Shown in pieces: positions 37,618 to 52,746 of a stretch of 64,000 nucleotides of DNA. Positions within the stretch are counted from its first letter, which is position 1. Each line of letters starts with the position of its first letter. The position numbers were made by a program, and so were the translations under genes. The stretch is taken from contig NC_087250.1 of the NCBI RefSeq assembly GCF_037042905.1, forward strand, positions 1,798,001 through 1,862,000, in the 5' to 3' direction. The notes under the pieces were generated by a model. It did not search any database. It was not told the DNA's origin and saw nothing but the letters and a program-made list of their open reading frames with translations. The stretch comes from Lytechinus pictus (Eukaryota).

Positions 37618-38644
37618 GCCCTGAGCAAATTATGCTTCATAAAGTTGTGAAAAAATGTTTCTTATTTAATATAGCATAACATAATCATAATATAATATAC
37701 CATTATAATGAACAATAATTCTTCTTTCTCACTAAATTTTCTCTTCATTTTTCCCTCTTTTTCTCCTTTTCCCCGTTTTTTTTTTGGAGGGGGGGGGGGG
37801 AGCCGATTAGGGGGGCATATGCCCCCCATTCCCCCCACCGTAGTTCCGGCACTGAATAATACCATATTCATAATCAGTATATTTCTCCCTTAACAAAAGA
37901 AAAGAGAGAAGGAAAGGAAGAATAAAATGAAACGTAATGACAGAATAACGATGAGTAAGAAGTTAAAAGAAAGGAGAAGAAGAACAACAACACAAATGGG
38001 AAGGGAAAAGGGGAGTAGTAGTAGAAGAAGAAGAAGAAGAAGAAGAAGAAGAGAGAGAGAGAGAAAGGGATAGTAAAATGAGTACGAAAGTAAGATAAAT
38101 GGGAGGGAGGGGAGAGAGGGCAATAAACGATCACAGTTTCTCGATTTACGTTAGCAAATGCCCTTATTATGAGACTTATTTCTTAATGTTGAAATATCAA
38201 ATCGTTTTAAATAAATGAAATGGCATGATTTATCAAAAAGATTTATCTCATTGTAGGATGACATGAGAGAAACAAATAAAAATTTACCTGATTTGGTAAG
38301 CTCTCTCTTTAGGCTGTTACGTTCATCAGACATTCGCCGTAGATTGGCGTAGTTCCCGATTCAGCACAACTTGAAGGTGTAATCCAGACTGAAAATGATA
38401 TAATTTAAACAGAATAAGAATAAAATCAGACAAACATTACAATAAAAATGGAGAACAAATTGAATTTTTTTTCTTCTATGGAACCCTTCTATGCATGTAG
38501 AATGGCTACAGGGGCGCCCCCTTGTGCAATTGGGAATTATTGCTTTCCTTGGGAGGGGGGGGGGGGGGGGAGAAGGCCCATTTTGGTTCCCCTGTCCCTG
38601 AAACTTGGAACCAGCGGTAATAACAATTCAATTCAATTCAAATA

Positions 38645-39646
38645 AACATTTATTTTCTTCCATTTCAAAACAATTTTCATAAACATTAATTCATACAAAA
38701 ATCAAAATGTTATGAGGAATATAAACATGTACATGTTTGGTTTAAAGAAGAAGGCGTATATCCTAAAAGCCGAGGTTTGTGGCGGGATACGCCTATTATA
38801 GACATAAATATAATACAAAAAAACAATACAAAGGAAAGGGCAGAGGAAAGAAGAGAAGGAAAGGGAACGAGAGAGGGAGACGTGAGCGGAGAGGCGGGCA
38901 TGAATTACTGTATAAAATAGAATGCTCAACAAATGTATCAGTGGGGGCAAAATATAAATGCCGCAACAACAATCGTCCATGGTTCATGTTAACTTAAAGT
39001 CAAAAGGAAACGTAAGGTGGAAAATATTCATATATAAAATGTCAGGAGTAGTTTTTTCATTTTATACTTAAAGCTAGTTGACGACAGAGATTGTTTTATG
39101 TAATCCGGAATTTTGTTCCATATTTTGGGGCCAGTATAACGAATATTGTGTTGGAAAATTTTTTTTTTTTATGTTTGGGAATGAATATTTGATTATTTGA
39201 GCGGGTATCAAAATAATGATTAAATGATGATTTAAACACCTGTAGAGAAAATGACATTGTTGAAGTTTATTGATGTCGTCTAATTTCAACAATTTTAGGG
39301 ATTGAAACAAATTTTTAGTATTTGCTAGTGGTATATTGTCGTCTGGAGAAATAATACGCACAATTTTATTTTGAAGGGAACATAATTTCTTAAAATGGGT
39401 TTGGTATGTGTTCGCCCATACCAAATTACAGTAATAAAAATATGGAAAGATTAAAAAGCAATATAATGTACGCAATACAGTTTTATGCAAGTAAAAACTT
39501 AGGCGATATATTATTCCGATATTTTTGGCAACTTTGTTCTCAATTTCATTTATGTGATGTATCCATGTTAAGTTACTATCAATGATAACGCCAAGAAACC
39601 TAGTATTTTCAACTCTGGGAATTATTTGGTTGTTAAGCTTCACCAC
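38645..39646 (-). mobile_element. CR1/L2-group LINE 3' fragment (copy 2)
   Basis: Same RT C-terminal motifs (ORF 39074-39646). Confidence 0.85.
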
Positions 39647-40234
39647 TAAATGATTAAGATCAATACGCCTTGTGGAGTTACGGAATATAATGTAATTGCA
39701 TTTCTTATAGTTAATGGTAAGCTTGTTTGCACAAAACCTTACATTAACAGACTAATAGTTTGGAACATACTAGCTCTGGATAAAGTATCATTCTCTCAGA
39801 AGAGCTTTCAAAACGTATCATTCTCTTATGATCAGTGCCATACCACAATCAACGTCGCAATGTGGAGAAGCCATAATTTGGAGGAAGAACTATATGCCTA
39901 CTCAGTTAGCTACGAAATAATTTCGTCATTCATGAAAAACTAGTATTTTTATGAAATTAACAATTAGCTCGATAATACTCAGAATGTTCAATCAAATCTT
40001 ATTGCAGTTATCCAAGCGAACAAAATGTATGAAAGATTTATAAACAATAGTTGAGTTTGTAAGTGTGTCTCTTCTTATCACATTAATTTGAGTTTTGTTC
40101 CATTTTCCACAAAATGACGATATTCAATTCAATTCTTTATTTCATTTCAGTTCAAACATGATATAAAGTTCTATATGAATCTGCTACAAGTTAACGGAAT
40201 ATGTTCAATAAAGCAGTATCAAATAGAGCATATA

Positions 40235-41186
40235 TAGCACGCCCCCCAAACTATCCCTCTGATATAGGGTCTCAATCAAATGTACGGGAGTAGAAAGATT
40301 ATTGCATAATCTAACTTCTATCAAAAATTTCATTGGTCTTGCTTCAGCGGTTTTGAATACACCACCACAGTGGTGCATGTCAGGCCATTCCAAATTTGAA
40401 ACACTGCTGTATTTCTGCATTGTCTTTAACATGTCACCCCTTTAAGCAGAAGGGGAAAAAAACCAAAACCAAAAGAAATGAAATTATATATTTTTTAATG
40501 ATTAATAGGGGATCCCTGCACTAACCTGAAAGAAAATATGAATGATGGATAAGAACAATAAACTGAACAATGAAAGGCAAACCAAAAGTGTATCACACTT
40601 TGCGAAAAACGAACATAACTTGTGAAAATTGAACCTTTTTCATACAAAAGGGTAAATGAATTAACCTGAGCCTACTTACTTGGAAATAAAATCGGAATGA
40701 AATCAAGAATGTAATATTGTTGAAAATAAGGCATGCATGGAAGAGACATGACCTGTTGTCTCCATCATTGTGCATCTCCCATTATCAAACTTGAAATGAA
40801 TTGTCAGGTACTGTTGTTGCCCTTCTGAACATGCGCAAGGTTGTGATTTGATGAGCCTGGTTAGATCATGGAGATTACCTGGTCAGCTCAGGGAATTCCC
40901 TGATCAGATTCTGAATGATCAAAGGGGGTTGATATGCTAGGCAGTGCAGAACCAGCAGTGGTAGCAGTGCTGCATGTATGCAAACTTGGAATTGGCTGAA
41001 AAGCACCATTGTTACAAAATAGACTGTGTATTCAAAACCGTTGAAGCGAGACCAATGAATTTTTTAAGGAAGTTATGAGATGAGCTTCCTATTACCATGC
41101 ATTTAATTGTGAACAATTTTCAATTTTTGAATTAATTCAGCCGTATATCAGAGGGGCATTTTTTTTTTTTTGGGGGGGACGCGCTG
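40235..41186. mobile_element. Tc1/mariner-like non-autonomous element with long TIRs
   Basis: Inverted matches CCCTCTGATATA/TATATCAGAGGG and CATTGGTCTTGCTTCA/TGAAGCGAGACCAATG; TA flanks. Confidence 0.7.
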
Positions 41187-41419
41187 TACATGGGCGAACA
41201 ATATAGTAAATACTGACTGCATTTTAAGATTGCAAAAAAGAGGCATATGGCTTTGTACTGGATCTGGATATTTTGAACTTACTGATCCATTATTCTTTAA
41301 ACTTTAAACATTGAACATATTGATATTCACATAATCTTTATTATTTTGGGATGGTTTTTACAGAAATTCAGGAGTCATTAATTCATTGAAGAGTATATTC
41401 CCCCCCCCCAAAAAAAAAA

Positions 41420-42290
41420 ATTATGCATGTTGTACTCAACTCTCATTTTGCCTTACTTGAATTATTGCATCCTTGCCTGGGGTAACGCTGCTAAAGTTCA
41501 TTAAGATGGGTTATTAAAAGTCCAGAAAAGGGTAATTAGACTAGTATGTGGAGTTAGTTCACGATCTCACACTAATATTTTGTTTTATGAAAATAAGTTC
41601 CTTAATTTACATGACATATATATCAACCTCGGTTGCATTATGTATCAATTAAATAAAAGAGAACTTCCACTTGCCCTTTGTTCATTATGTGTTAGAAATG
41701 ACCAAATCCATTCTTACTATACAAGACAAGTTTCTTTTCACCACTTGCCATTGGTCAAAACTATTTTTCGGCTTAATACATTTGTTTATACAGGGCCAAA
41801 ATTGTGGAACTCCCTTCCTTCTTCATTGAAGCAATCAGTTAGCCTTAGTGTTTTTAGAAACAAGTTAAAGACCGAATTACTGAAGAAATACTTAGATCAG
41901 TAAACGAATACCTGCTTGTTATATCTCGTCTAACTTTATAAATTGTATTCTTCCCACAATTATCTATGCAAAAATAGAGCTCTTCCTATTTTGTTTATTT
42001 TTTCCTCTTTTCTTTCTTCTTTTCGAATTTCAGATTCTTATAGTTTAGGTCTTATAGAATTTGGTGACCTATGGCCCACAAGCTAAGCTTCTTAGTAGGT
42101 CACCACGTTTGATTCCCACCTATTCTCATGGGTGTTACTAATGTTTCAGCATGTATTATGTATATTATCCTGTATATTATCCTGTAATTATTTACTTTTG
42201 TTCTTTGCTATTTGCTTGTATCGCACTGATTTACTGTTGTTGTTTGATATCGGAATTGAAACGAAACAAAGATTCATTCATTCATTCAAT
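41420..42290 (+). mobile_element. CR1/L2-group LINE 3' fragment
   Basis: YLNYCILAWG, QKRVIR, H.Y.TR and GPKLWNSLP motifs with stops; (ATTC)n tail. Confidence 0.8.
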
Positions 42291-43015
42291 AGAGACATTC
42301 ATATATATATATATATATATATATGGCATGCAGGACCTAACATTTGAAATTCACTACTTTCGTATATACGAATTTGTAACAACAATTTATCATTCAAGAA
42401 GAATATGAAGAATTTATTGCTCTCAAATATTTTAAATTATATTTTTTCTGTACTTTTCCGTATTGATGTAATTGATTATTTTTGTATTCATTCAAGATGC
42501 AAGTGATACCCAAATCTTAACATGCTAGGGGCATTAGTTTAGATGTTGTTCTAATTTGTATTTTATATTCATGATTGCTTATTTAGATACATGTTTAACG
42601 AATTACTTACCTACAGTTATTCTTTCAAACATATTTTGTTTATGCATTGTTCCTACTTGATTACCAATGTTACACTACCGTGTGAGTAAAACAAAATTGA
42701 CACCTCACAAATCCCCATTGTAAGAAAATAATATGTCACAAACGCATAATCATTATATATGACTGGAAAGCGTAGCCTCTCCCAAATAATTTTATACCAT
42801 AAGTACGGGGTATTCGTTAACGCTTCGATGATCAGGAGGAATTCTTTGCAGTGATGTAAATTTTGATTTGCGCCAAAGTAAGGCATGAATGCAATGAACA
42901 GATGAACTAACCCAAGATTTCAATGATTTCATAATCCTACATGGGTTAGTAAACTTATTGACAAATATCAATGAAACTAACATGAGAATTGATAGTAAAA
43001 GTGTATATTAAAGAA

Positions 43016-43055
<40 letters not shown>

Positions 43056-43860
43056 TTTACTCTTCCCTTTTTCTCATTCCTTCTCTCACTTCTATTTTTA
43101 TTTTACCTTTGTATGTACCATCTCTCCCTCCTTTTATTTCCACCTCTCTTTTCTCAACTGCTTTAGTTCTCGTTTTTCTTCTACATAGGCCTACTGTACT
43201 TTATGCTTGTTTTAATATTTTGATTCGGGGTAATTATAGTAATGTATTGTATATGCTATTATGTTAATATAATCTATGTTATTTATGTATGCCCTGCTTG
43301 TTCTGTTACTCAGATAAGTCCTGGGCGTTCCTTTCTTCTATGTTTGTATATATTTTATTCCTTTGTTTGAACGATTTGAATGTTAATAAAGTGATGAATT
43401 ACAACTTCTTGTTATCAATTCAATTATTCATCTTTACTTGTTTATCAACTCCCCAGTGAAGAATATAAGATACGAAAATTCTTTATTACAATTTAACTCC
43501 TAAACACTAACCATTTAAACATCAACTCTTAAAAATCTCAGCTAACTTCGATAAACTATCAACTCCGGTTACTCGCAGAGTCGCACTGACCATTACCACT
43601 CTCCTTATACCAGAAATGTTTGATAGACAGTGACCTGTAGACCAATCAGAGGGAGTTTAGATTACTCAAACCTTAAAATGTTACACCCCGAAACTAATCA
43701 TATGAATGAAACTTGTTGATTAATAAAAAAAAAATCCAATACAGATAGACTGAATTACATCAAGAATTTATAAATAGACAATATTAGTTGAACTAACTAC
43801 AGAACTAAAGTTTTATACTTCAAAATTATCATATTCATCGCCCCCTGTTTTATCTGAATC

Positions 43861-45024
43861 CAGTGGCGTACCGTGGGTCACGGCATTGGGGGGGGGGGGA
43901 GGGGGGTCACCAGCCAAAATTTTAGACACTTAGTGAGCGCGCGAAGCGCGCTCATATGCCAGATATACTGCCCTAATAGAGACATTTTAAGGACAGTGAC
44001 ATTAATGGATATGTATACGGATATGTATTTCACTGATCGCATCTGATTTCTTTTATAATCATACCTAAAAAGGGACATTATAAGAAAATGGTTGTAATCA
44101 TGATACGTACCTATCTCGCTAAACAAACAATGCGAGCGCGAAGCGCGAGCTGAAATTTTTGTATATATTAACCCCAAACAGGGATATTTTGAGGACTATA
44201 TTTTAGGAATCAATTAAGAGTATACATATCTCACCATATTCATCTAATGCGAGTGCCAAGCGCTTGCTGATTTTTATTAGAATTACATCTAAACACATGA
44301 AGCACATTTGTAGTCATTGTAATCATGATTATCATACGCATCTCACTGATCAAATAATGCGAGCGCGAAGAGCGAGCTGAGAATTTAGGAAATTTAGACA
44401 AAGAGAGGGGCATTCTAGGGCTCATCTGTAGGAATTCACGAAGACCATGCGTATTTCACTAACCAAATGATGCGAGCGCGAAGCGCAAGCTGAAAATTTC
44501 TGATTTTCAGATCAGAAAAGGGACATTTTAAGGACTGATTTTAGGAATTCATGAAGAGCACACATATATATCACCAATCCACTAATGCGAATATAAGCAC
44601 GGGCAGGAAATGTTTTATATTAAGACCTTAAAATGGGGCAATCACTTTAAGTAGTCATGAAAAGAAGCATATGTCATTACATAAAAAATAATAATTCGAA
44701 GTGCGAAGAAATCTAATTGGTGTATATTGACTTGAAAACGGGAGGTTTGACATATATCTCGTTAAACAGACAATGCAAGCAACAGGAACAATGAAGACCT
44801 AGGCCCTGAGCAATTATGTTTCATTTAGTTATTTGTTTTTATGTAATATAACATAACATATATAATATAACATTATAATGAACAATAATTTCTTCTTTTC
44901 CACTACGTTTCCCTCCCTTTCTCTTTCTTCGTCTTCTTTACCTTTTCCCCGTTTTTTGCCAGCCGATGGAGGGGGGGGGGGCACGTGCCCCCCCCCCCCC
45001 TATGCCCCCGCAGTTACGCCACTG
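43861..45024 (+). mobile_element. Complete non-autonomous hAT element
   Basis: CAGTGGCGTA...TACGCCACTG; 8-bp TSD TCTGAATC; internal GCGAGCGCGAAGCGCGAGC repeats. Confidence 0.92.
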
Positions 45025-48000
45025 TCTGAATCTCCAATTATATCTTCATGAATTTCAACTCAATTGAGAACTGTTGCTGATCATTAACTTGGAATAATTG
45101 ATGCTTCATATACAAATAAACGCTTCACTCTATAACTTATTCAAAAGTTTCTTTATTCCGACAATTATTGTATGCTCCGAACGGAAATAAAGATCCGAAA
45201 CACGACAATATCAGGTATTTCCGTGATATCAACTTTTGGATGTAACATTGTATGGTCGACTTACCTTATCTTCATTGACATATTATGGCATCACCTTACA
45301 TGACCATCGTTTGAAAAGGAAAATGATCGTCTTAAAGCAACATCAAAAAACTATGTCCAAGCTTCGGAGATCGATAATTATGTTGAACTATAATTATCTA
45401 TGCTGTGAGACAAGATGGCGTATGTACATGATCAATGCCATTACACGTCTATGGATTACGCAGTGGGTTACTTTCCACGCATGGCTAGGCTGTACTTCTG
45501 TGAGTTGGATGAATATCAAATATGAATTGAGAGGAATGTCACAACCCAATTTTCAGGAGTCACATGTTTACATGGAACATGAGAATAATAGCTTCATGGT
45601 GGGAGCGTCGACAATTGATGAACTTCAATGATTCTTCTGAATAGATTGATATGAATATAAAATGAAAGCAAAGCGATACAGAGATATTAGTACAGAAAGA
45701 GAGAAGAGAGAAGGAAAGAGAGAGAGAGAGGGAAAACCTAATTACGAAATATTTGATATTTCACAGACAAATTAAAAAAGGATCGCTTAGTAAATTTTCG
45801 GCGTATGGCGAGGCCCTTTTTTACTACATGTACAGTATATAAACGGCAACGAAATTTGATAAGGAATCGTCACGATTTCACTATTTTCAGAGATTACAAG
45901 GTTATAGCGTCCCTGATTAGCCACGATGTGAATATATCAATATGAATAAAAGCAAAGGAATGTTTATAAAAAGGGTGAGAAAATAGAAACACTAGGAACT
46001 TGCTAAACATTTATATTGAAACCTAATATGAGACGAACACCTCATGCATTAATGAGCAAGACGAGTTTGTAAGTTGTAGTCTGTCATGCGTAAGCGATTT
46101 GCTATTAAAGCTGTGGGATTCAAAATGAGAGATGAGATTCCACTCTTGACATGAGTATCAAATTCATAGTAGAAACATATTCATTATGATTGTGAAATCT
46201 ATCGCTGAAAACGGGCTTCCCTTTTTTGGTGGGACGCACTATATCATAAGCAAAATAGGTAAACGTCATGATGTAACAGAGGTCACATGATTAGAGCGTT
46301 TCTGATTGGAGGAATTATTAGCCACGATGGGAGCATCGATGAGAGACGTGCTTCAGTGTTTCTTGTGAATAGATTAACATGAATATGAATTAAAGCACAG
46401 GAATATTTATAAAAAAGGAGTGAAAGAAGAGACATAAGGAACTTGCTAAACTTTATAAACTTCACAAAGAAATTAGTAGAGAAAGGGAGAAGAGAACAGA
46501 AGGAGAGAGAGAGGAAGAGAGAGAGAGAGAGAGTGAGAACAAACTCATGGAATATTAGACATTTCACAATCAAAATGGGAAATGAACGTAAATCGTATAA
46601 TCGGTACATGGCATTGCCATGTGCACGGTATAGAGACAATAGGGAAGCAGGGGCACTGGTGGTAATGAATCACCCCACCCTAGGGATTTGTCTAGGGTGT
46701 GTTGTGTATTACCTATAGGCAGCAAGCATCTCATTGGAATCGGGCGGGTGTGCCGAAATTTAGAAAAATTAACCCAAATCATCTGATATTTTGTATCAGT
46801 TTTGCTCGTCAAATGAAAAAAAAAAAAAAAAGATCTTTAACAATCGTTTCAAGGCCCCTTGCAAAACGTCACACTCACTGCCTTTTCACTGGTCATATGA
46901 TTGGAGCTGGTATGAGCTTCACAATAGGAGTATCGATGAGGATGTGCTTCAGTGCTTCTTGTGGATATATATCAATATGAATATGATTTAAAGCAAAGGA
47001 ATGTCTATAAAAAGGCAGAGAAAATAAAGACACAAGGAACTTGCTAAACTTTCGACACTTCACAAAGAAATGCGCAGAGAAAGGGAGAAGATAAAAGAAT
47101 GAGAGAGAGAGAGAGAGAGCAACGGAGAGTGAGATAACACACACAGACGCGCGCATGCGTGAATGCATCCACTCAAACTTTTATTTTCTCTCCATTGTAC
47201 TAACTCTCTCCCATTCTCTCCCCCTCATCTCTGTCCTCCATCTATATCTCTCCATCTTTTGTAATCCATCCATCCTTCATTTACACACACACACACACAC
47301 CCTCATACACTCGCACACACTCTCTCTCCATTCTAATACACCTCCATTCCCCTTCGCCATCTCTGTTCTTCATCTTTATATTTCCTCTTTTGTACTCCCT
47401 TCTCCCCACACACGCCCACACACGCACACTTTCTCTCAAATCAATCATCTTTATCTCACAAACTATCTCTTTCTCTCTGTTTAATCAATGCACTAGCTCA
47501 TTTTCACTCGCTCTGCTTATCCCATTTTAGTAACTGTTGTGCGTGAAATTGATTGCTTTCACATAATACAAATAACATATACCTCAGTCAAAATGTTAAT
47601 ATGAATCCGATCAGTGTAGTTTTATTTTTCACAAGCATTCACAAGTCTTCATATATTATTGAACAAATCAAACGAGATTTAATGTATGTCTGTATTCAAT
47701 CATAAAGAAGTGATTAACAACAGAGTCCAATGTACAACATCTACGATCAGGGCCTCGTAACACACAGATTTACGATCAATTTCTCATTGTAAGTTTTGAT
47801 TCTGGTTGGTTCATTGTGATTATTATGTACATTCAACCATGATCTTTATTTGCCATGTAGTTTAACGATTGACTGTAAACTTTTGTGTAAAGATGACTAA
47901 ATTGGGTATTCCCAATCCGATTCTCGTGCTCAACAATAACAACCTTTTTGCTTCCAATTATTGTTCGAAATCAGTTTGCTGAAAATGTACACTGACAAAA

Positions 48001-49631
48001 GAGAAGAGACTGTGATTTATGCCAAATATTCCCCACAACAATATTTTCCACGCAAACGAGTCAAAGTGCGATAGAAAATTTAACAAAAAATAAATAAAAG
48101 AGAAAGATCCCACTGATGTCATGTTGCTTCTACACAACACCAAAAATTAACATGAAACATGTCAATTTAAGAGGCGGAGATACATCAAGTAAAAGAACTA
48201 CTCATAATTATGTTGTGGCTTCAATTACCAGCTACTCAATAACGCGCCTTTATAAGCTTGAATAAATTCCCTAATTTATGATTCATGATGAATAAATATA
48301 CCTCATTTTAAATACAACTTATATCATATCAAGGAATAGTAATATTTAGATCATGCACATATCCTCCAAAACGTATATTATTTTTTTTTTTTTTGAAACA
48401 TAGGGCATGGCAGTCATGTCGAAAATATCATTAACTCATCATTATTATTTGGATATATTATGGTCAAAATTATATTGATAAGTCTCTCAAATTAAAGATA
48501 AATTAAATAAGGGTCGTTGCTGTAAACACCGATTTTACTAGAAATCTGTAAAAATAAGATCATTAAAGATATATCATAAGACGACGCATAAAAATGAAAC
48601 ATTATAAATCAGTATTTTGCTGAAACCAACGGTATTCTTTTTTTTCTACTGTTAATCTACACAATGCTTATACTAATCAATGTAGTCGCTACACTATATT
48701 CTGAAGATGAAAGAGTTTCAAAATTACAAAGGAATTTAACTTTTTTTTTTAATTATCAACATTATAAACACAATCATTAATATTAATTCTCACAAATTGA
48801 TAGATTACGAGGTTATTCATAATATCATATCACTGAATATATACGTTAAAACTAACCCCATTTTCAAACAATAATAAGCTTATTACACCAATTCGAAAAC
48901 AAGTATATACATGTAGCCACAAACATATCAAGTGAAATTTAATGATTAATGCATAATTGTTCTACAGTATATAAAATGCAATCGATATCAATATCCTTTA
49001 TACAATTATCTCTTGTCTAAGCTCTGTATTATAAATTTTTCTATTAATATGTATTATAATTTTGCACTAATGTTGACCCTTCTTACGAATAACAAATCAC
49101 TGTATTCTGGACCGTCGTCTACATCACTATCATTAACATTACCATCATCGTCATCATCATCATCATCATTGTCACCACGTCACCATCTTGAGGAGTATGG
49201 TATCAGGAATATGAAGAATAAGATAGGCCTAATGTTTAAAGAACAGTCACTTAACTCCCTTGTATCATATAAATACACACATTTCTAAAAATATATTTTC
49301 ATGTTGTGTATGATACAGTGAATTACTTTTCAGTTCGATTTAGCTATGGAACCATCAATCAAATACGAATTCTTATGATCATCATCATNNNNNNNNNNNN
49401 NNNNNNNNNNNNNNNNNNNNNNNNNNNNNNNNNNNNNNNNNNNNNNNNNNNNNNNNNNNNNNNNNNNNNNNNNNNNNNNNNNNNNNNNNNNNNNNNNNNN
49501 NNNNNNNNNNNNNNNNNNNNNNNNNNNNNNNNNNNNNNNNNNNNNNNNNNNNNNNNNNNNNNNNNNNNNNNNNNNNNNNNNNNNTCATATTACGGTTGCA
49601 ATATTTCTCTTGGCGGTAGGTACGTAACTTA

Positions 49632-49956
49632 ATTCAATAATAATAATAATAATAATAGCCAAGTTTTATATAGCGCTTTTCCCAGAGTGGCTCAAAGCGT
49701 TTACATCATATTATTACCTTGGTCATAGGATTAATTTCAATCCCGCATGAAAAGTGCAAAATTTCCACTCCCCGGGATCATTCCTTGCATTCATCGCAGC
49801 TTCATATAGCGCTGGCAAATTCTAACATACAATATCTTTCGCATCCTACCGGTGTGGATTAACGCCTTGCCAAAGGACGCTAGACCGCGGTAGGATTCGA
49901 ACACACGACCCTCTGTTTACAAGGCGAGAATCAGAACCACTACACCACGGCTCTTC
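49632..49956 (-). mobile_element. tRNA-derived SINE
   Basis: A box GTGGTGTAGTGG, B box GTTCGAATCC, (TTA)n tail. Confidence 0.8.
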
Positions 49957-51159
49957 CATTTGTTCACTTCTCTCGTCCAGCGCACATAATGATATAGATT
50001 TTGCTTCTTAATGTACATCATGTTGTAATAACAATACACATTCCTTTTACCCTCTCAATACCAGGTTTTGCAAACTTCATTGACCTACTGCGCATCAACA
50101 TAAGTAAATATCATGAGGCACGGGCGTAAATGACGGGGTATGGGGAATACATTCCGCTTTGTGGAAAGGGGGGATGGCATGCACATTCATCCCCTTTTTC
50201 AAGACAGAAATAAAATAATCAAATGATGAATACTACTGTTAATGCGTGGACTCACCCTTGAATGAAGTCAAGGTGCTTAAAATGCCCAATTTTGAATTCT
50301 AAAAATGATTTTTTTTTCGCGCAGTGGTTCCACTCCCTCGCTCAATCTAATCTTACAAGAGTTTGGCCATTACAAATCCCGACGTTGAGCATATAGTAAA
50401 TGTTATATCTCCTGCATCATGAGAGTAATACGTCCCCTTTTATTAATTGTATATGATACCATTGGCTTTAAAATTGTTATTACTTTGATCATAAACCAAT
50501 CAAAATATCATTTGCCATACACTGGTGGGTAATGGTGTGTGTGTGTGTGTGTCATACTATCCTTGCATCTTTGTGAAAGCGGGTAAAACATATATAGGTA
50601 TACTCTATACTTCGAGTTTAGAGAACGATGAGTTACTGATGGCATTGATCAAATCAATGTCGTTAATTAAACGCAGACTGAGGCAGGTTAGGACAGCAAT
50701 ATTTCCCTCGCAATTTGCAATTTCATCCGTTTATATGAGACTTTAAATCACATTTATTCAACCCAAAAAATGATGAATAGTTCAAATATGGATTTTGTTT
50801 CAAATTTTGAAAATTGTATCACCTCTCAATATAATCTTAAAGAGTATTCAAAATCTTTCCTTTCTGCAATATTTTTTATCTCATTTGATCACCTTTCTGG
50901 AAGTTAATTTTGTGTCCTGTGATGACTTATAATCATTTTATAATCACCCTTAATCCAGATAATAATGATCCATTTTTTTATTCTCATCTCACCTTTAACC
51001 AGTCAGCAAATGAGTTTTCATTGAATAAAATAAAATATGGAATGTTTGATACTTATTTGCTCTTTTTATTTCTCTTTTCCTTTCCTTCAGTAGTTTTGTA
51101 ATTTACTGCTTATTAACCTTCATCATCCTCTGTAATTATATGCCCATCATTTTGATAAT

Positions 51160-51455
51160 AATGATGATAATAGTCAGTTCTTGTTTAGAACACGTAAGAC
51201 GTAGTGAATAACGTCTCTATGCGCTTCCAAAGGACTTGGATATTATTACCCTAGCGTTAGGTCAAGCAGCTTTAACGCGCTCGGCATTTCAAGGAATAAA
51301 TTCCTGCCAGGTACCCATTCACCTCACCTGGGTTGAGTGCAGCACAGTGTGGATTAACTGCTTGCTGAAGGAAACTACGCCATAGTTGGGATATGAACCA
51401 ACGACCCTCTGCTTTGTTTTAAAGTCTGGAGACTAATCCACTGGGCCACAACGCT
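51160..51455 (-). mobile_element. tRNA-derived SINE (Deu-domain type)
   Basis: Core GTGCTGCACTCAACCCAGGTGAGGTGAATGGGTACC on the minus strand. Confidence 0.75.
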
Positions 51456-52513
51456 TTAAATGACCCACACCAGATTGATAATAATGTGAACATTTTGTCC
51501 AATACCATTAATTTGATGTAAATATTATTACAATTATTGGGCAATTATTTCACTATTTACGTCTCGCTGTTCATTTGAAAGTGTATATCTTAACAACTCT
51601 TGCTATGGTAAACGGTCTAAAACCACCCATATTTTCGAGACGCTGGCACCTTTCAAGGCTGGCAAAATACGCCCACTCTGTGCGTTTTCCAATATTAACA
51701 TACCCCTTGAAAGATGATTTGGTCATCATTTTGTCTTAAACTATCAAAAATTATGCTCTTTCGCTTCGCTTGGTCGCATATTGATACTTGCTCTATTTCA
51801 TGTACTTATAACTTAACAAATCCATTTCAACATAGCCATCGAACAATTTCATGATAGGTCTTTAGTAATATACACATTTACAGTATATATATACTGAATA
51901 TATGTATACACTGCCCGTGTTGTGATAATTACACACCACTTGTAAGACGTTTTTGGACATAACTTTGTCTTCCAATTACTCGCTCGCATATTGATATGAA
52001 CTGTACATCCTTATTTTACATCCTTTCACTCAAAGATGGTAGAAATATGTACATTATACCTCGTATACATAGCTCTTCATGTGGTGGGTGTCCCCAATTT
52101 TTTTTTTTTTTTTCAGATCAGTATGTTGCTATCACCCCCCCCCCCCCTCCCCCATTGCTCGGATCGAATTTACGCCAGTGTTATGTTAAGGGGAATGATG
52201 TCCAAGCTGAAACAGAATCTACCCATCATCAATGGCCCGTCATATCCCTATATCTTACCTTCTCTCTCTCTCTCTCTCTCTTTCTGTTTCACCTTCCTCA
52301 CTCCCTTTACTTTTCTACCCTCCGTTTCTCTCTTTCTCTCTCTCCCCTCTAAGCCTATCATGCACCATAATATCAATATTCAATATGTTTTCCACCTCTA
52401 TTATGTTAGTATCACATAATGTTTACGTTACATAATATCCATACCGTCGGACAACTGCAATTTGTCCAAGTATTAGAACTTGGCTCGCCAATTTCCCTTT
52501 ATCTCGAATCCCA

Positions 52514-52746
52514 GCCATGGTGTAATTTCCTTCAGCAAGAAATTTATCCACATTGTGCTGCACTCGACCCAGGTGAGGTGAATGGGTACCCGGTAGGAAG
52601 AAATTCCTCGAATGCTCCAGCGCCCGATAAAGGTAGCCGTGCTAAAGCCGGGGTAATAATAGCAGGGCCCGCTGGGAGAACAGTTTTCGAAACTGAAGTG
52701 GCTACCCTGGGTAAATATGCCGCTATTATTATTATTATTATTATTA
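52514..52746 (+). mobile_element. 5'-truncated SINE (Deu-domain type)
   Basis: GTGCTGCACTCGACCCAGGTGAGGTGAATGGGTACC core and (ATT)n tail. Confidence 0.8.

Larger units (their letters stand above)
35608..39600. repeat. ~2.1-kb-period tandem duplication (35608-37454 vs ~37755-39600)
   Basis: Near-identical sequence and duplicated spurious ORFs; the unit contains a hAT end, an exon-like segment and a LINE fragment. Confidence 0.92.

Noticed and set aside
45236-45631. 131-aa plus-strand ORF
   Set aside because: The paralogous copies near 28.0 kb and 59.3 kb have stops and indels in this frame; non-ATG start; no recognisable domain.
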